A stretch of DNA of 64,000 nt from Afifellaceae bacterium (lineage in GTDB: Bacteria; Pseudomonadota; Alphaproteobacteria; Rhizobiales; Afifellaceae): NCBI GenBank assembly GCA_028284625.1, contig JANQRH010000008.1, forward strand, positions 227,441-291,440, read 5' to 3'. This document shows positions 35,305 through 44,204 of the stretch, in pieces. Position 1 is the stretch's first letter. Every line of letters starts with the position of its first letter. The position numbers and the translations under genes are program-made. The notes under the pieces are model-generated. The model worked only from the letters and a program-made list of their open reading frames with translations, searched no databases and was not told the origin of the DNA.

Positions 35305-36284
35305 TGGCCGATAGCGTCGCCGGATCGGAACAGGCCACGGGTACGCGCTGGACGCTGCCAGTGCGTTACGGCTTTCTCGTCCTTATCGCCGCGTTTGTGG
35401 TGTTCTTCGCCACAATGAACCCGGTCTTCCTCCACGGCGGCAATCTGATGAACATCGTGGAGGGCTCTGCGATCCTTCTGATCGTGGCACTCGGCATGAC
35501 GTTGATCGTCTCCACAGGCGGCATCGATCTTTCTGTGGGGATCGCACTTGATTTCGGCGCCGCCTTCGCCGTCGTCGCGATGAAGGAATTCGGCGTGGAC
35601 TGGTATACGGCCGCGCTGATCGGCATCGCCGGCGGAAGCCTTGTCGGTCTCTTGAATGCCGGCTTGGTGGTCGGCCTGAAGGTCAGCCCGTTTCTGGCAA
35701 CGCTCGGCACCTTCTTCATCGGCTCGTCCGTGCAGCGCATCTTCACCAATGGCGGCGGTCCGATCTCGCATCGCCGTATGCCGCAGGAATATCGCGACCT
35801 GGCAGTCGGCGACATTTTCGGCATTCCGACAGAGGTGGTGATCGCGGGCGTCATCTGCCTCATCTATTTCGTCGTGCTGGAGCGCTCCATCATCGGGCGG
35901 CGCGTGCACGCGCTTGGTATGCAGCGCTCGGCGGCGAACGTCGCCGGCCTGAAAGTGAACCGCTACCTCATCGCCTGCTTCATCGTGGCGTCGATGACTT
36001 GTGCGGTCGGCGGTTTGATCGCATCCGCCAATATCCGCATGTTCACGCCGCTGTCGGGCTTCGCCTATCTGCTTGACGCCATCGCAGCGGTGTTCATCGG
36101 CGCAGCACTGCATCCGCGGGGGCGGCCCAACGTGCCCGGCACCCTCGTTGCGGTGCTGTTCCTGAGCGTCGTCACAAACGGGCTCAATTTGATGGGGCTG
36201 AACTTCAACACCAAGGACGCGCTGTCGGGCATCATCCTCGTCTCGGTCCTGGCGCTGGCCGTGGCGCAGCGCAAGCTGCGTTGA
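35304..36284 (+). CDS. sugar ABC transporter permease 2 (RbsC-like)
   Basis: Polytopic protein. Its start overlaps the previous stop by 1 nt. Confidence 0.85.
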   Translation: MADSVAGSEQATGTRWTLPVRYGFLVLIAAFVVFFATMNPVFLHGGNLMNIVEGSAILLIVALGMTLIVSTGGIDLSVGIALDFGAAFAVVAMKEFGVDWYTAALIGIAGGSLVGLLNAGLVVGLKVSPFLATLGTFFIGSSVQRIFTNGGGPISHRRMPQEYRDLAVGDIFGIPTEVVIAGVICLIYFVVLERSIIGRRVHALGMQRSAANVAGLKVNRYLIACFIVASMTCAVGGLIASANIRMFTPLSGFAYLLDAIAAVFIGAALHPRGRPNVPGTLVAVLFLSVVTNGLNLMGLNFNTKDALSGIILVSVLALAVAQRKLR

Positions 36285-36301
36285 GAAAAGGCGAGGGTTC
36301 T

Positions 36302-37459
36302 ATGACCGAGCGTTTTTCCGTTCTTTACCTCATCTTTGCCGCGAACCGTGCGGAGGCGGAGGCGCGCGCGGAGGGCATTGCGCGGGAGCAGACCGTCGAA
36401 GTGCCGCGCGATGTCGTGCCGGCGGGCTATATAGAAGACGTGATCCTCGGCCAGGTCGCGGCCGTGACCGAGGACGGCGAGGGGACGTTTCGCGCCGAGA
36501 TCACCTATTCGCCGGATTCCGTCGGCACCGACCTGCCGCAGCTCATCAACGTGATCTTTGGCAATTCCTCCATCCAGAAGGGGCTGAAGGTTATCGACTT
36601 CAAGGCGTCGCCGGCATTGAGGACGCTGTTTCCAGGCGCGCGCTTCGGCATCGACGGTATTCGCCGCCTGAGCGGCCGCGAGACCGGCGGCTTCGTCTGC
36701 CCCGTCATCAAGCCGCAGGGATCGACGGCGGAGCGACTGGCGGAGATCAGCTACATGGCGGCGCGCGCCGGCGCCGATATCATCAAGGAGGATCACGGGC
36801 TGTCGAACCAGCCGGCCGCGCCGTTTCGTGAGCGGGTGTCGATCATGGCGCGTGAAGTGGCGCGTGCCAATGCGGAGCGCGCCGAAGCCGGCGACACGGC
36901 GTGCGCTCTCTATTTCGCCAATCTCTGCGGGCCGGGTCTCGCCATCCGCGACTATGCGATGCACGCCAAAGAGGCGGAAGCGCATGGCGTTCTCGTCATG
37001 CCGGGGCTCTTCGGTTTCGACGCGATCAATCAGCTTGCCGCGGATGACGATTTCGGTTTGCCGATCATGGCTCACCCGTCGCATCTGGGGCCCTATGTTC
37101 TGTCGCCCGATACCGGCTATTCCCACGGCGTGATGTTTGGCGCGCTGATGCGGCTGGCCGGCGCCGACATCTCCGTCTTTCCCAATGTCGGCGGCCGCTT
37201 CGGATTCACTGAAGCGGAATGCCTCGACATCACCGACCAGTGCAGGGCCGCTGATGGCTACGGCAGGCCGATCCTGCCGAGCCCCGGGGGCGGCATGACG
37301 ATGGAGCGCATGCCGGACATGATGCGCATGTACGGCCCGGACTGCGTGTATCTGCTCGGCGGTGGCCTGCTGCGCTACGGCGATCGCATCGGCGAGGCCA
37401 TCGGCGATATGCGGCGGGCGCTCGACACCGACATGCCTGGTTCGGCTGCCAGAGCATGA
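36302..37459 (+). CDS. RuBisCO large-subunit family protein, form IV RuBisCO-like protein (RLP)
   Basis: VIKPQGSTAERLAE...AGADIIKEDHGLSNQPAAPFRERV aligns by eye with RuBisCO TIKPKLGLS...[24 protein letters not shown]. ATG at 36302 with a GAGG RBS, 17 nt after the permease stop. Confidence 0.85.
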   Translation: MTERFSVLYLIFAANRAEAEARAEGIAREQTVEVPRDVVPAGYIEDVILGQVAAVTEDGEGTFRAEITYSPDSVGTDLPQLINVIFGNSSIQKGLKVIDFKASPALRTLFPGARFGIDGIRRLSGRETGGFVCPVIKPQGSTAERLAEISYMAARAGADIIKEDHGLSNQPAAPFRERVSIMAREVARANAERAEAGDTACALYFANLCGPGLAIRDYAMHAKEAEAHGVLVMPGLFGFDAINQLAADDDFGLPIMAHPSHLGPYVLSPDTGYSHGVMFGALMRLAGADISVFPNVGGRFGFTEAECLDITDQCRAADGYGRPILPSPGGGMTMERMPDMMRMYGPDCVYLLGGGLLRYGDRIGEAIGDMRRALDTDMPGSAARA

Positions 37460-37554
37460 TCCCGAAAAGTGGACACCATCTTTTCGGGTAAGATCATGCT
37501 CAGACAAAGAGACAGAGCCTCCATTCTGATTCAATCAGAATGGACAAGGCTCTG
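37453..37554. repeat. REP-like palindromic repeat, family 3, overlapping the RLP stop codon
   Basis: The sequence agcatgatcccgaaaagtggacaccatcttttcgggtaagatcatgctcagacaaagagacagagcctccattctgattcaatcagaatggacaaggctctg. Its first 20 nt are identical to the inverted copy at 30398-30477. Confidence 0.75.
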
Positions 37555-37682
37555 GCTGAGGCTGCCTGCGCCGGCCTGATCGCTGCAAACGCGCGGCCAA
37601 CTCGTTTCTCCCGTCATTCTTGTGGCAAAGCATTGCCACGATGTCGTCTATTGTCGGCGGCGATTTAAAGTGGGGGACAGGC

Positions 37683-38849
37683 ATGACAGCGAATGGCGAG
37701 CGGCCGGGTGAGAGCGCCGTGGCGAGCGGGCTGAAGATCACGGACGTCCAGGGGCTCTATCTCCGCCTGCCGGAGATCAAGGCACGCACGGACAGCTCGC
37801 AGGATGCGCTTATCGTGCGCATCGAGACCGATGCCGGCATCACCGGCTGGGGTGAGGTCGACGGTTGTCCTCTGGTGACGAAGGCCGTCATCGACGCGCC
37901 TATGTCTCATAATCTGGTGTCGGGTCTGCGTGTCCTGTTGCTTGGCGAAGACCCGTTCGACATCGCGCGCCTGTGGCGCAAGATGTATGAAAGCACGCTT
38001 TATTTCGGGCGCGAGGGCGCGGTGATCCAGGCCATGGCGGGGATCGACATTGCGCTGTGGGACATCAAGGGCAGGGCGCTCAGCCAACCGATCTGGAAGC
38101 TGCTCGGCGGCGCCTTTCGCGACAAGCTTCGGGTCTATTCCTCCAACATGTTCCAGTTCACGCCAGAGGCGACCGCCGATCGGGTTCGCCAGGCGAAGGA
38201 CGAGGGCTTTACTGCGGCGAAGTTCGGCTGGGAGCCGTTCGGGCGCGACGCGGCGACGGACTGCGCCTATCTCGACGCTCTGCGCAAAGCGGCGGGGGAC
38301 GATTTCGACCTGATGCTCGATGTCGGGCTCGTGTGGGATGCGACGACCACCATCCAGCGCGCCAAGCTGTTTGAGCCCTATGGCCTCTACTGGATCGAAG
38401 AGCCGCTCCACCCCGACGATCTCCGTGGCTATGGCGCGGTCAGTCGCGCCATCTCACAGCGCCTGGCCGCCGGCGAGGAAGAGTGCACCTATCGCGGCTT
38501 CCAACGGCTGATCGATGAGGGCGGCATCGGTCTCGCGCAGATCGACATGACGCGCTGCGGCATCAGCGAGGCGATGAGCATCGCCAGCTATGCGGCGAAG
38601 CGCGGCGTGATGGTCGCCAACCACAACTTCACGACCGACATCAACACGGCCGCGTCGCTGCATTTTCTCGCCGCCGTGCCCAATGCGCTGGTGCTGGAAT
38701 ATTGCGTCGAGCCGTCTGAGATATCGCGCAATCTGGCGCGCAATCCGTTCCGTCAAGAAGACGGGTTCATGCGCGTGCCGGATGCGCCCGGGCTTGGCTT
38801 TGAGCCCAATATGGAGACGATTGAGCGGTTCCTGGTGAGGGACAATTAG
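37683..38849 (+). CDS. enolase superfamily enzyme (mandelate racemase/muconate lactonizing family; acid-sugar dehydratase-like)
   Basis: N-terminal capping domain plus a barrel with metal-ligand contexts (LMLDVGLVWD, YWIEEPL, AAGEEE). The ATG at 37683 is preferred over the track start at 37620. Confidence 0.8.
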   Translation: MTANGERPGESAVASGLKITDVQGLYLRLPEIKARTDSSQDALIVRIETDAGITGWGEVDGCPLVTKAVIDAPMSHNLVSGLRVLLLGEDPFDIARLWRKMYESTLYFGREGAVIQAMAGIDIALWDIKGRALSQPIWKLLGGAFRDKLRVYSSNMFQFTPEATADRVRQAKDEGFTAAKFGWEPFGRDAATDCAYLDALRKAAGDDFDLMLDVGLVWDATTTIQRAKLFEPYGLYWIEEPLHPDDLRGYGAVSRAISQRLAAGEEECTYRGFQRLIDEGGIGLAQIDMTRCGISEAMSIASYAAKRGVMVANHNFTTDINTAASLHFLAAVPNALVLEYCVEPSEISRNLARNPFRQEDGFMRVPDAPGLGFEPNMETIERFLVRDN

Positions 38850-38925
38850 GCGCCGTCTGTTCGATTTAGGCGCGGATCGAGCCCTTCATGATGCCTGACT
38901 CATCGGGTGGCGGCTGTTGTGCGCC

Positions 38926-40824
38926 TCAAATCAGCGTGGCAGCGTATTGGCGCTGAACGTCTTCGCACCAATTTCCGACATTCCACTGGCCGTAGGCGCC
39001 CATCCCGCCGGCGGGCGCGTCGCCGAAATAGACCGGGACGTGGACCAGGCTGAGACCGCGATGCGCTTTGGCTTGCTCCAGGGAGTGGGTGAGGGAGGCG
39101 CGATCGAAACCGCCCGAAAGTGCGAGCACGCCTTTGACGGCGCTGGCGAGCTGGACGTAGTCGACCGCCACATTGTCTGACGTGCGGTGGTCGTGACCAT
39201 ATTGCGCAATCTGCAATTGGCTGATCGCGGCCATGCGTCGGTTGTCGAAGAGCACAATGGTGGCGTGCACGCCGTGCTCCACACCGTCGAGGAGCACTTG
39301 CGGGTTCATCATGAAGGACCCGTCACCGGTGAAAGCGACGGCGTAGCGCCCCTCGTGGGCGATCGCTCCGGCAAGCAGCGCGGAGACGGCAAAGCCCATA
39401 TAGGATGCGCCGGCCTCGGTGAACGTTTCGCCGACCTCATCGTCCTCGACGATCTGAAAGCCGTTGGCCTGAACGTCGCCGGCATCGAAGAATTTCGTCG
39501 CACCGACGCTCTTGCAGAAATCGGCGGCGATCTTGATTGCCTGCGGCTGCGTCAGGACGGGGCGCTGCCAGACCGCATCGACTGGGCGCTCCGCGTCATA
39601 TTGCGCGACCTTGAAGGCGGACCATTCGGTTTTCTTCTCCGCGCAGCGTGTCAGCCATTCCACTTTGGCCGGAGATGGCGCCGACTGTTCGGCGGCGAGA
39701 CGCCCGCTCAGGCGATTGAGGATCACGCCGGCGTCGCCGCGCAAAGCGAGCGTGCGATTGTAATGCTCAACGTCCGTCGGGTCGGCGTTGATGTTGACGA
39801 CGTTCTGCACATTCGGCCAGCCGATCCCGGAGCAGTCGCTTTGGCAGACGGCGCGGCTGCCGACGACGACAAGAAGCTCCGCCTCCTGCATGGCGAAATT
39901 GCCGCTGATCGACCCCTTCGATCCACCGACATGCATGTTTTGCGGATGGGCGTCGGGAAGCACGCCGGTGGAACCGGGGCTGAGCACAACGGCCGCCCCG
40001 CACGCTTCTGCGAAACGTCTGAGCTCCGCGCCGAACGAGCGTGTGCCGCCCCCAGCCTTTATGGCAATTCGATTGTGCTCGGCGAGCAGCGCCGCAGCAT
40101 CGCTGTAGGCTTGCTCATCGGCCGGCACGGCGGGCGACATGCGCGGCGCGCAGGGCAGGGCGTCGATGCGCAGGGTCAGCATTTCAGGCTGCGTGTTGAG
40201 CGGCAGGTTCAGGAAGAACGGCCCCGGCCGCCACGGGTGGAACACGGCCGCCGCGCCTTTGCGCAGCGCGTCACGAACGGCGCCCGGCGTGTGCAGCGTG
40301 TAGGACTGGCCCATGAGCGCGGTGATCTGGCCGAACAGGCCCTGCGCCGGCTTCGGCACCTGCTGCATGTTGTAGCCTTCGCCGTGCGTCGTCTCATCGC
40401 CATAGATGTGATAGACGCCGATCCCGTTGGACGCGGCGGCCAGCGATCCCGCCATCGCCTGCAATGCGCCCGGCCCGATCGAGGTGACCACCGCGCAGGT
40501 CTCGCCATAAACCCAGCGAAGCGCCGTGCCGGCGTGGGCCATCTCCACCTCGTTGCGAAACTGCCAGCTCCGGACAAGGCCGTGCGCCTCGTAGTGCCGC
40601 AGCACTTCGCCGATCGCCGTGGAGCCGTGGCCGAGCACGACCAGATATTTGGTGACGCCCTGCCGCATCAATCCGAGCACCAGCGCCTCGGCGAGCGGCA
40701 GGGTGATCGGCTCGCTCAGGAGGCCGGCTTCGATGGCCGCTTCGAGCCCGCCGGCCTCTTTCAGCCAGGCGGCGCGCGCTGCCGTTGACTGGGGAACCGG
40801 TTGCGCGGGATCGGTTTTAAGCAT
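38926..40824 (-). CDS. thiamine-pyrophosphate-dependent enzyme (acetolactate synthase / IolD-like)
   Basis: TPP-binding motif GDGSFMMNPQ...N and a three-domain length (632 aa). The ATG at 40824 lies 20 nt after the upstream gene's stop at 40844; the track over-extends to 40902. Confidence 0.8.
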   Translation of the reverse strand: MLKTDPAQPVPQSTAARAAWLKEAGGLEAAIEAGLLSEPITLPLAEALVLGLMRQGVTKYLVVLGHGSTAIGEVLRHYEAHGLVRSWQFRNEVEMAHAGTALRWVYGETCAVVTSIGPGALQAMAGSLAAASNGIGVYHIYGDETTHGEGYNMQQVPKPAQGLFGQITALMGQSYTLHTPGAVRDALRKGAAAVFHPWRPGPFFLNLPLNTQPEMLTLRIDALPCAPRMSPAVPADEQAYSDAAALLAEHNRIAIKAGGGTRSFGAELRRFAEACGAAVVLSPGSTGVLPDAHPQNMHVGGSKGSISGNFAMQEAELLVVVGSRAVCQSDCSGIGWPNVQNVVNINADPTDVEHYNRTLALRGDAGVILNRLSGRLAAEQSAPSPAKVEWLTRCAEKKTEWSAFKVAQYDAERPVDAVWQRPVLTQPQAIKIAADFCKSVGATKFFDAGDVQANGFQIVEDDEVGETFTEAGASYMGFAVSALLAGAIAHEGRYAVAFTGDGSFMMNPQVLLDGVEHGVHATIVLFDNRRMAAISQLQIAQYGHDHRTSDNVAVDYVQLASAVKGVLALSGGFDRASLTHSLEQAKAHRGLSLVHVPVYFGDAPAGGMGAYGQWNVGNWCEDVQRQYAATLI

Positions 40825-40843
40825 GCCTGCGGTCAGCTTTCCG

Positions 40844-41917
40844 TCACGCGTCGATCGTGACGGTTTTGCCCGTGCGGGCCGATTCCTCTGCGGCGAGCGC
40901 AAAGCGAAGGACTTGCCGTCCCTCCGCTGCCGTCAGGACCGGCGGGCTGCCGTTGGCGATGGCGTTGAGGAAATGGCGGGTGGAGAGGATGAAGCTTTCC
41001 TCCCAGCCGGTCGGCATCTCATCATAGGTGGTGAAGCTGCCGTCGCGATAGAGCGCGACGGGCGGTGGATTGCCCAGTCGCCCATGGCCGCAATTGATCC
41101 AGAGGACGCCTTTCGAGCCGGTGATCTCGACGCGGTCATCCTGTGCGTAATGCTGGGTCGCGATCTCCAGTTCCGGCGAATAGACGACCTCAAGGTTGCC
41201 GATCCGATTGTCCGGGAAACGGAACGACACGATGGACTGCGCGTCGAGCCACGAGCCGTCATCAAGCGTGGTCTTGCCGATGAAGGCGTGGACGTCGCTC
41301 GGGTTTCCCATGAAGTGCCAGGCCAGCGCGAATTTGTGGTGCCCGTCGTCGAAGACCAGCGGGCCGCCGCCGGATTTCGACCGGTCCTGCCGCCATGCGG
41401 TCGCTCCTTTGGGGATCGCCCAGGCGGTTTGGCTCGTTCCGGCGTTGCTCTTGATCCTGATGGAGAGCGGCGTGCCAATGGCGCCGTCGTCGATTAGTTG
41501 CCGCGCGCGGAGTACTGGCGGGTAGAAGACGAAATTCTCGAAGATCTTGACCGGCCGATCGGCGGCGTCCGCGGCGGCGACAAGCCGGTCCGCCTCGTCC
41601 AGAGACACGCACATCGGCTTCTGCAGCGAGACGATCTTGCCGGCAGCAATCGCCTTCAACGCCGCCTCAAGATGAAGGTGGTGGGGCAGCAGAATCTCCA
41701 CCAGATCGACATCGGGGCGCGCCAACAATTCATCCAGATCGTCGGTGATTGCGACCTCGGTCAGTCCCCAGGCGGCGGCGCGACCTTCGGCCAACGATGC
41801 GTCGCGGTCGCACAACGCCACGATACGCCCGTCGGCGCTTTGCAAATATTCGATGGCGTGGAGGTCGGAGATGCGGCCCGTCCCCACAATGCCGACCCCG
41901 ATGGGCGCGCGGCTCAT
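40844..41917 (-). CDS. Gfo/Idh/MocA family oxidoreductase
   Basis: N-terminal Rossmann IGVGIVGTGRISDLH and an EKP-like motif (LQKPM). Confidence 0.85.
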   Translation of the reverse strand: MSRAPIGVGIVGTGRISDLHAIEYLQSADGRIVALCDRDASLAEGRAAAWGLTEVAITDDLDELLARPDVDLVEILLPHHLHLEAALKAIAAGKIVSLQKPMCVSLDEADRLVAAADAADRPVKIFENFVFYPPVLRARQLIDDGAIGTPLSIRIKSNAGTSQTAWAIPKGATAWRQDRSKSGGGPLVFDDGHHKFALAWHFMGNPSDVHAFIGKTTLDDGSWLDAQSIVSFRFPDNRIGNLEVVYSPELEIATQHYAQDDRVEITGSKGVLWINCGHGRLGNPPPVALYRDGSFTTYDEMPTGWEESFILSTRHFLNAIANGSPPVLTAAEGRQVLRFALAAEESARTGKTVTIDA

Positions 41918-42708
41918 GGGCTGCCTTCCTGCCAGGTATCGTTGGAGACGCCGCGGACGATCTCGCCGAGCTCGGCCAAGCGCTCGTCGTCGATGCGGAC
42001 CGTCGGGCCAGACAGGCCAACGGCAGCGATCATCGCACCCTCCGCGTCATAGATGGGGCGTGCCACGCAGCGGATGCCGGGCGCGAATTCCTCGTCGTCG
42101 ATGGCGTATCCGCGCGCATGTGTGGCGCGCATCTCATCGCGCAGCTTGGCCGGGGAGGTGATGGTTTTTGGCGTGAACGCTTCCAGCGGTTCAACCGACT
42201 CGGCCGCGCCAAAGGCGATGAAGGCTTTGCCCAAGGCCGTGCAATGAAGCGGCGCCAGCGAGCCGATCGGATGGTCGACCTTGAGCGGGCGGGTGGAATC
42301 GATCTTGTCGATGTACCAGACGCGGGACTTCACCAGGACCGCGAGGTGCGAGCATTCGCCCGTCGCATCGACCAGCGTCTCCAGGATTGTGCGCCACGCC
42401 TCTTTGCAGGCGACGATCTCCTCCAACGAATGCTGCTTTCGGCCGGAGGCGAGGACCTTGTCGGTCGCCAAATAACGGCGCCCGGAATCCTGCTCGGCGT
42501 AGCCGGCCGCCACCAGCGTCTTGAGGATGTGAGAGGCGTTGGACTTCTCAACGCCGAGCGCGCCGGCGACGTCCGTCAGCCGCACGGGGGTGCCTTGTTC
42601 GCCCAGATAGTCCAGGGCCGTCAGACCACGGGACAGTGATTGCAGCAGTCGCATTTGGGCGCGTCCTTGTTCCTTGAGTTTACCGATGCTGTATAATTCG
42701 TCCAACAT
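41914..42708 (-). CDS. IclR family transcriptional regulator (start 42708 or 42654)
   Basis: The N-terminal wHTH (LQSLSRGLTALDYL...VRLTDVAGALGVEKSNASHILKTL) is followed by an IclR effector domain. It overlaps the downstream gene by 4 nt. Confidence 0.85.
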   Translation of the reverse strand: MLDELYSIGKLKEQGRAQMRLLQSLSRGLTALDYLGEQGTPVRLTDVAGALGVEKSNASHILKTLVAAGYAEQDSGRRYLATDKVLASGRKQHSLEEIVACKEAWRTILETLVDATGECSHLAVLVKSRVWYIDKIDSTRPLKVDHPIGSLAPLHCTALGKAFIAFGAAESVEPLEAFTPKTITSPAKLRDEMRATHARGYAIDDEEFAPGIRCVARPIYDAEGAMIAAVGLSGPTVRIDDERLAELGEIVRGVSNDTWQEGSP

Positions 42709-42865
42709 AAGTAAACCAAGTGCCCCTCAAAGGGCTCACAACCTGAAATCTTCATATTTTTTTCGATTATGCAATACTTTTTGTTGACTCTCGGCAATGA
42801 TCTGCCAGAGACTGCCTCATCCGGCATCAAAAGTGCAAAATATGCGAACTGTAAGGGAGGAGCAC

Positions 42866-44137
42866 ATGCCCATTCTCAACAGGCGTACCCTGCTTGCGAC
42901 CGCTATCGCCGCCCCGGCGCTCGTGTTGGGAGCGGGGTCGTGGGCGCAGGAGGGCGAGGTCACGATCAGCCACTACTTCACCGGCGATCTCGGCCTCGGC
43001 GGATTGAAAGAGATTTTTGCGACGTTCGAGGCGGAGACCGGCCTCAAGGTGAAGGACAGCCCGATTGGCCATGAGGATTTCAAGACCGGCATTCTCGTGC
43101 GCGCCGCCGGCAACAATCTGCCGGACGTGTTCAGCTATTGGGCCGGCGCACGCACGCAGTTCGTGATCGATTCAAACAGTCTGCAGCCGATCGACGACAT
43201 GTGGAGCGCGGCCGGACTGGACGAGATCGTCGCCAAGTCGGTGGCCGACGGCGCAACGCTCTATGGCGGCAAGCGCTACCTGGTGCCGTTCGGCTATCAT
43301 TATGCGGGAATGTTCTACAACAAGGCCGTCTTCGCCGATGCGGGCATCACCGACATGCCGAAGACCTGGGACGAATTCCTGGCGCTTGCCGAAACGCTGA
43401 AAGGCAAGGGCGTGACGCCGATCGCGCTGGGGTCGAAGGACCGCTGGCCGGCGCAGTTCTGGTTCGACTATCTGCTGCTTCGCACGGCAGGGCCGGATTA
43501 TCGCGCCAAGCTCATGAGCGGCGCGGCGTCCTACGATGATCCTGAGGTCAAGGCCGCGATGGCGCTGTGGAAAGATCTCACCGACAAAGATTATTTCGTG
43601 CCCAACGCCAACGCCGATGGATGGACCGACGCATCCGACAAGGTGGCGCGCGGCGACGCGGCCATGACGCTGATGGGCACATGGATCACCGGCTATTGGA
43701 ACGGCATCGGCCTCAAGCCGGGCGAGGATTACGACTTCTTCCCGTTCCCGGAGATCGAAAGCGGAATCGCCAACGCCGTGGTCGGCCCGGTCGACGGTCT
43801 CGTCGTCTCTGCCAACGCCGCCAACAGCGAAGGAGCGGAGAAGCTTCTCACGTTCATGGTCTCCAATGCCGACGTGCAGGCGAAATGGGCTGGCATCCAG
43901 GGTGCGCTGTCTGCCAACGTGAATGTCGATCCAGCGAACTACACGTCAGTCATGCAGAACGCGCTGGCGACTGTGGCCGCGGCGGATACGTTCGTCTTCA
44001 ATTACGATCTGGCGACGCCCCCGCCGGTGGCGGAAGTGGGGCTTTCGATGTTTGCGCGTTTCATGGATGATCCGAGCAAGATCGACGAGATACTCGCCAA
44101 CGCGGCGGCCGACGCCAAGGAGGCGTTCAACGAATAG
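42866..44137 (+). CDS. extracellular solute-binding protein, CUT1-type ABC transporter
   Basis: ATG at 42866 with a GGGAGGAG RBS. Tat-like signal MPILNRRTLLATAIAAPALVLGAGSWAQ. Confidence 0.85.
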   Translation: MPILNRRTLLATAIAAPALVLGAGSWAQEGEVTISHYFTGDLGLGGLKEIFATFEAETGLKVKDSPIGHEDFKTGILVRAAGNNLPDVFSYWAGARTQFVIDSNSLQPIDDMWSAAGLDEIVAKSVADGATLYGGKRYLVPFGYHYAGMFYNKAVFADAGITDMPKTWDEFLALAETLKGKGVTPIALGSKDRWPAQFWFDYLLLRTAGPDYRAKLMSGAASYDDPEVKAAMALWKDLTDKDYFVPNANADGWTDASDKVARGDAAMTLMGTWITGYWNGIGLKPGEDYDFFPFPEIESGIANAVVGPVDGLVVSANAANSEGAEKLLTFMVSNADVQAKWAGIQGALSANVNVDPANYTSVMQNALATVAAADTFVFNYDLATPPPVAEVGLSMFARFMDDPSKIDEILANAAADAKEAFNE

Positions 44138-44204
44138 CCGTTCGCGCAAGGCGTAAGATACGGGGTCGCCGGGCGTCCGGCGGCCTCCGGTCGGAGGGCG
44201 GTTC

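Noticed and set aside
36065-37534. 489-aa ORF antisense to the RuBisCO-like protein gene
   Set aside because: The plus-strand product aligns convincingly with the RuBisCO large-subunit family. The antisense product is Arg/Ala/Gly-rich low-complexity sequence typical of high-GC antisense frames.
30398-37554. Idea that the inverted family-3 repeats are the terminal inverted repeats of a composite transposon carrying the ABC-RLP cluster
   Set aside because: No transposase or integrase lies between or near them, and I could see no target-site duplication. Both copies sit at gene 3' ends in the same gene-relative orientation, which fits REP/terminator-like elements better.
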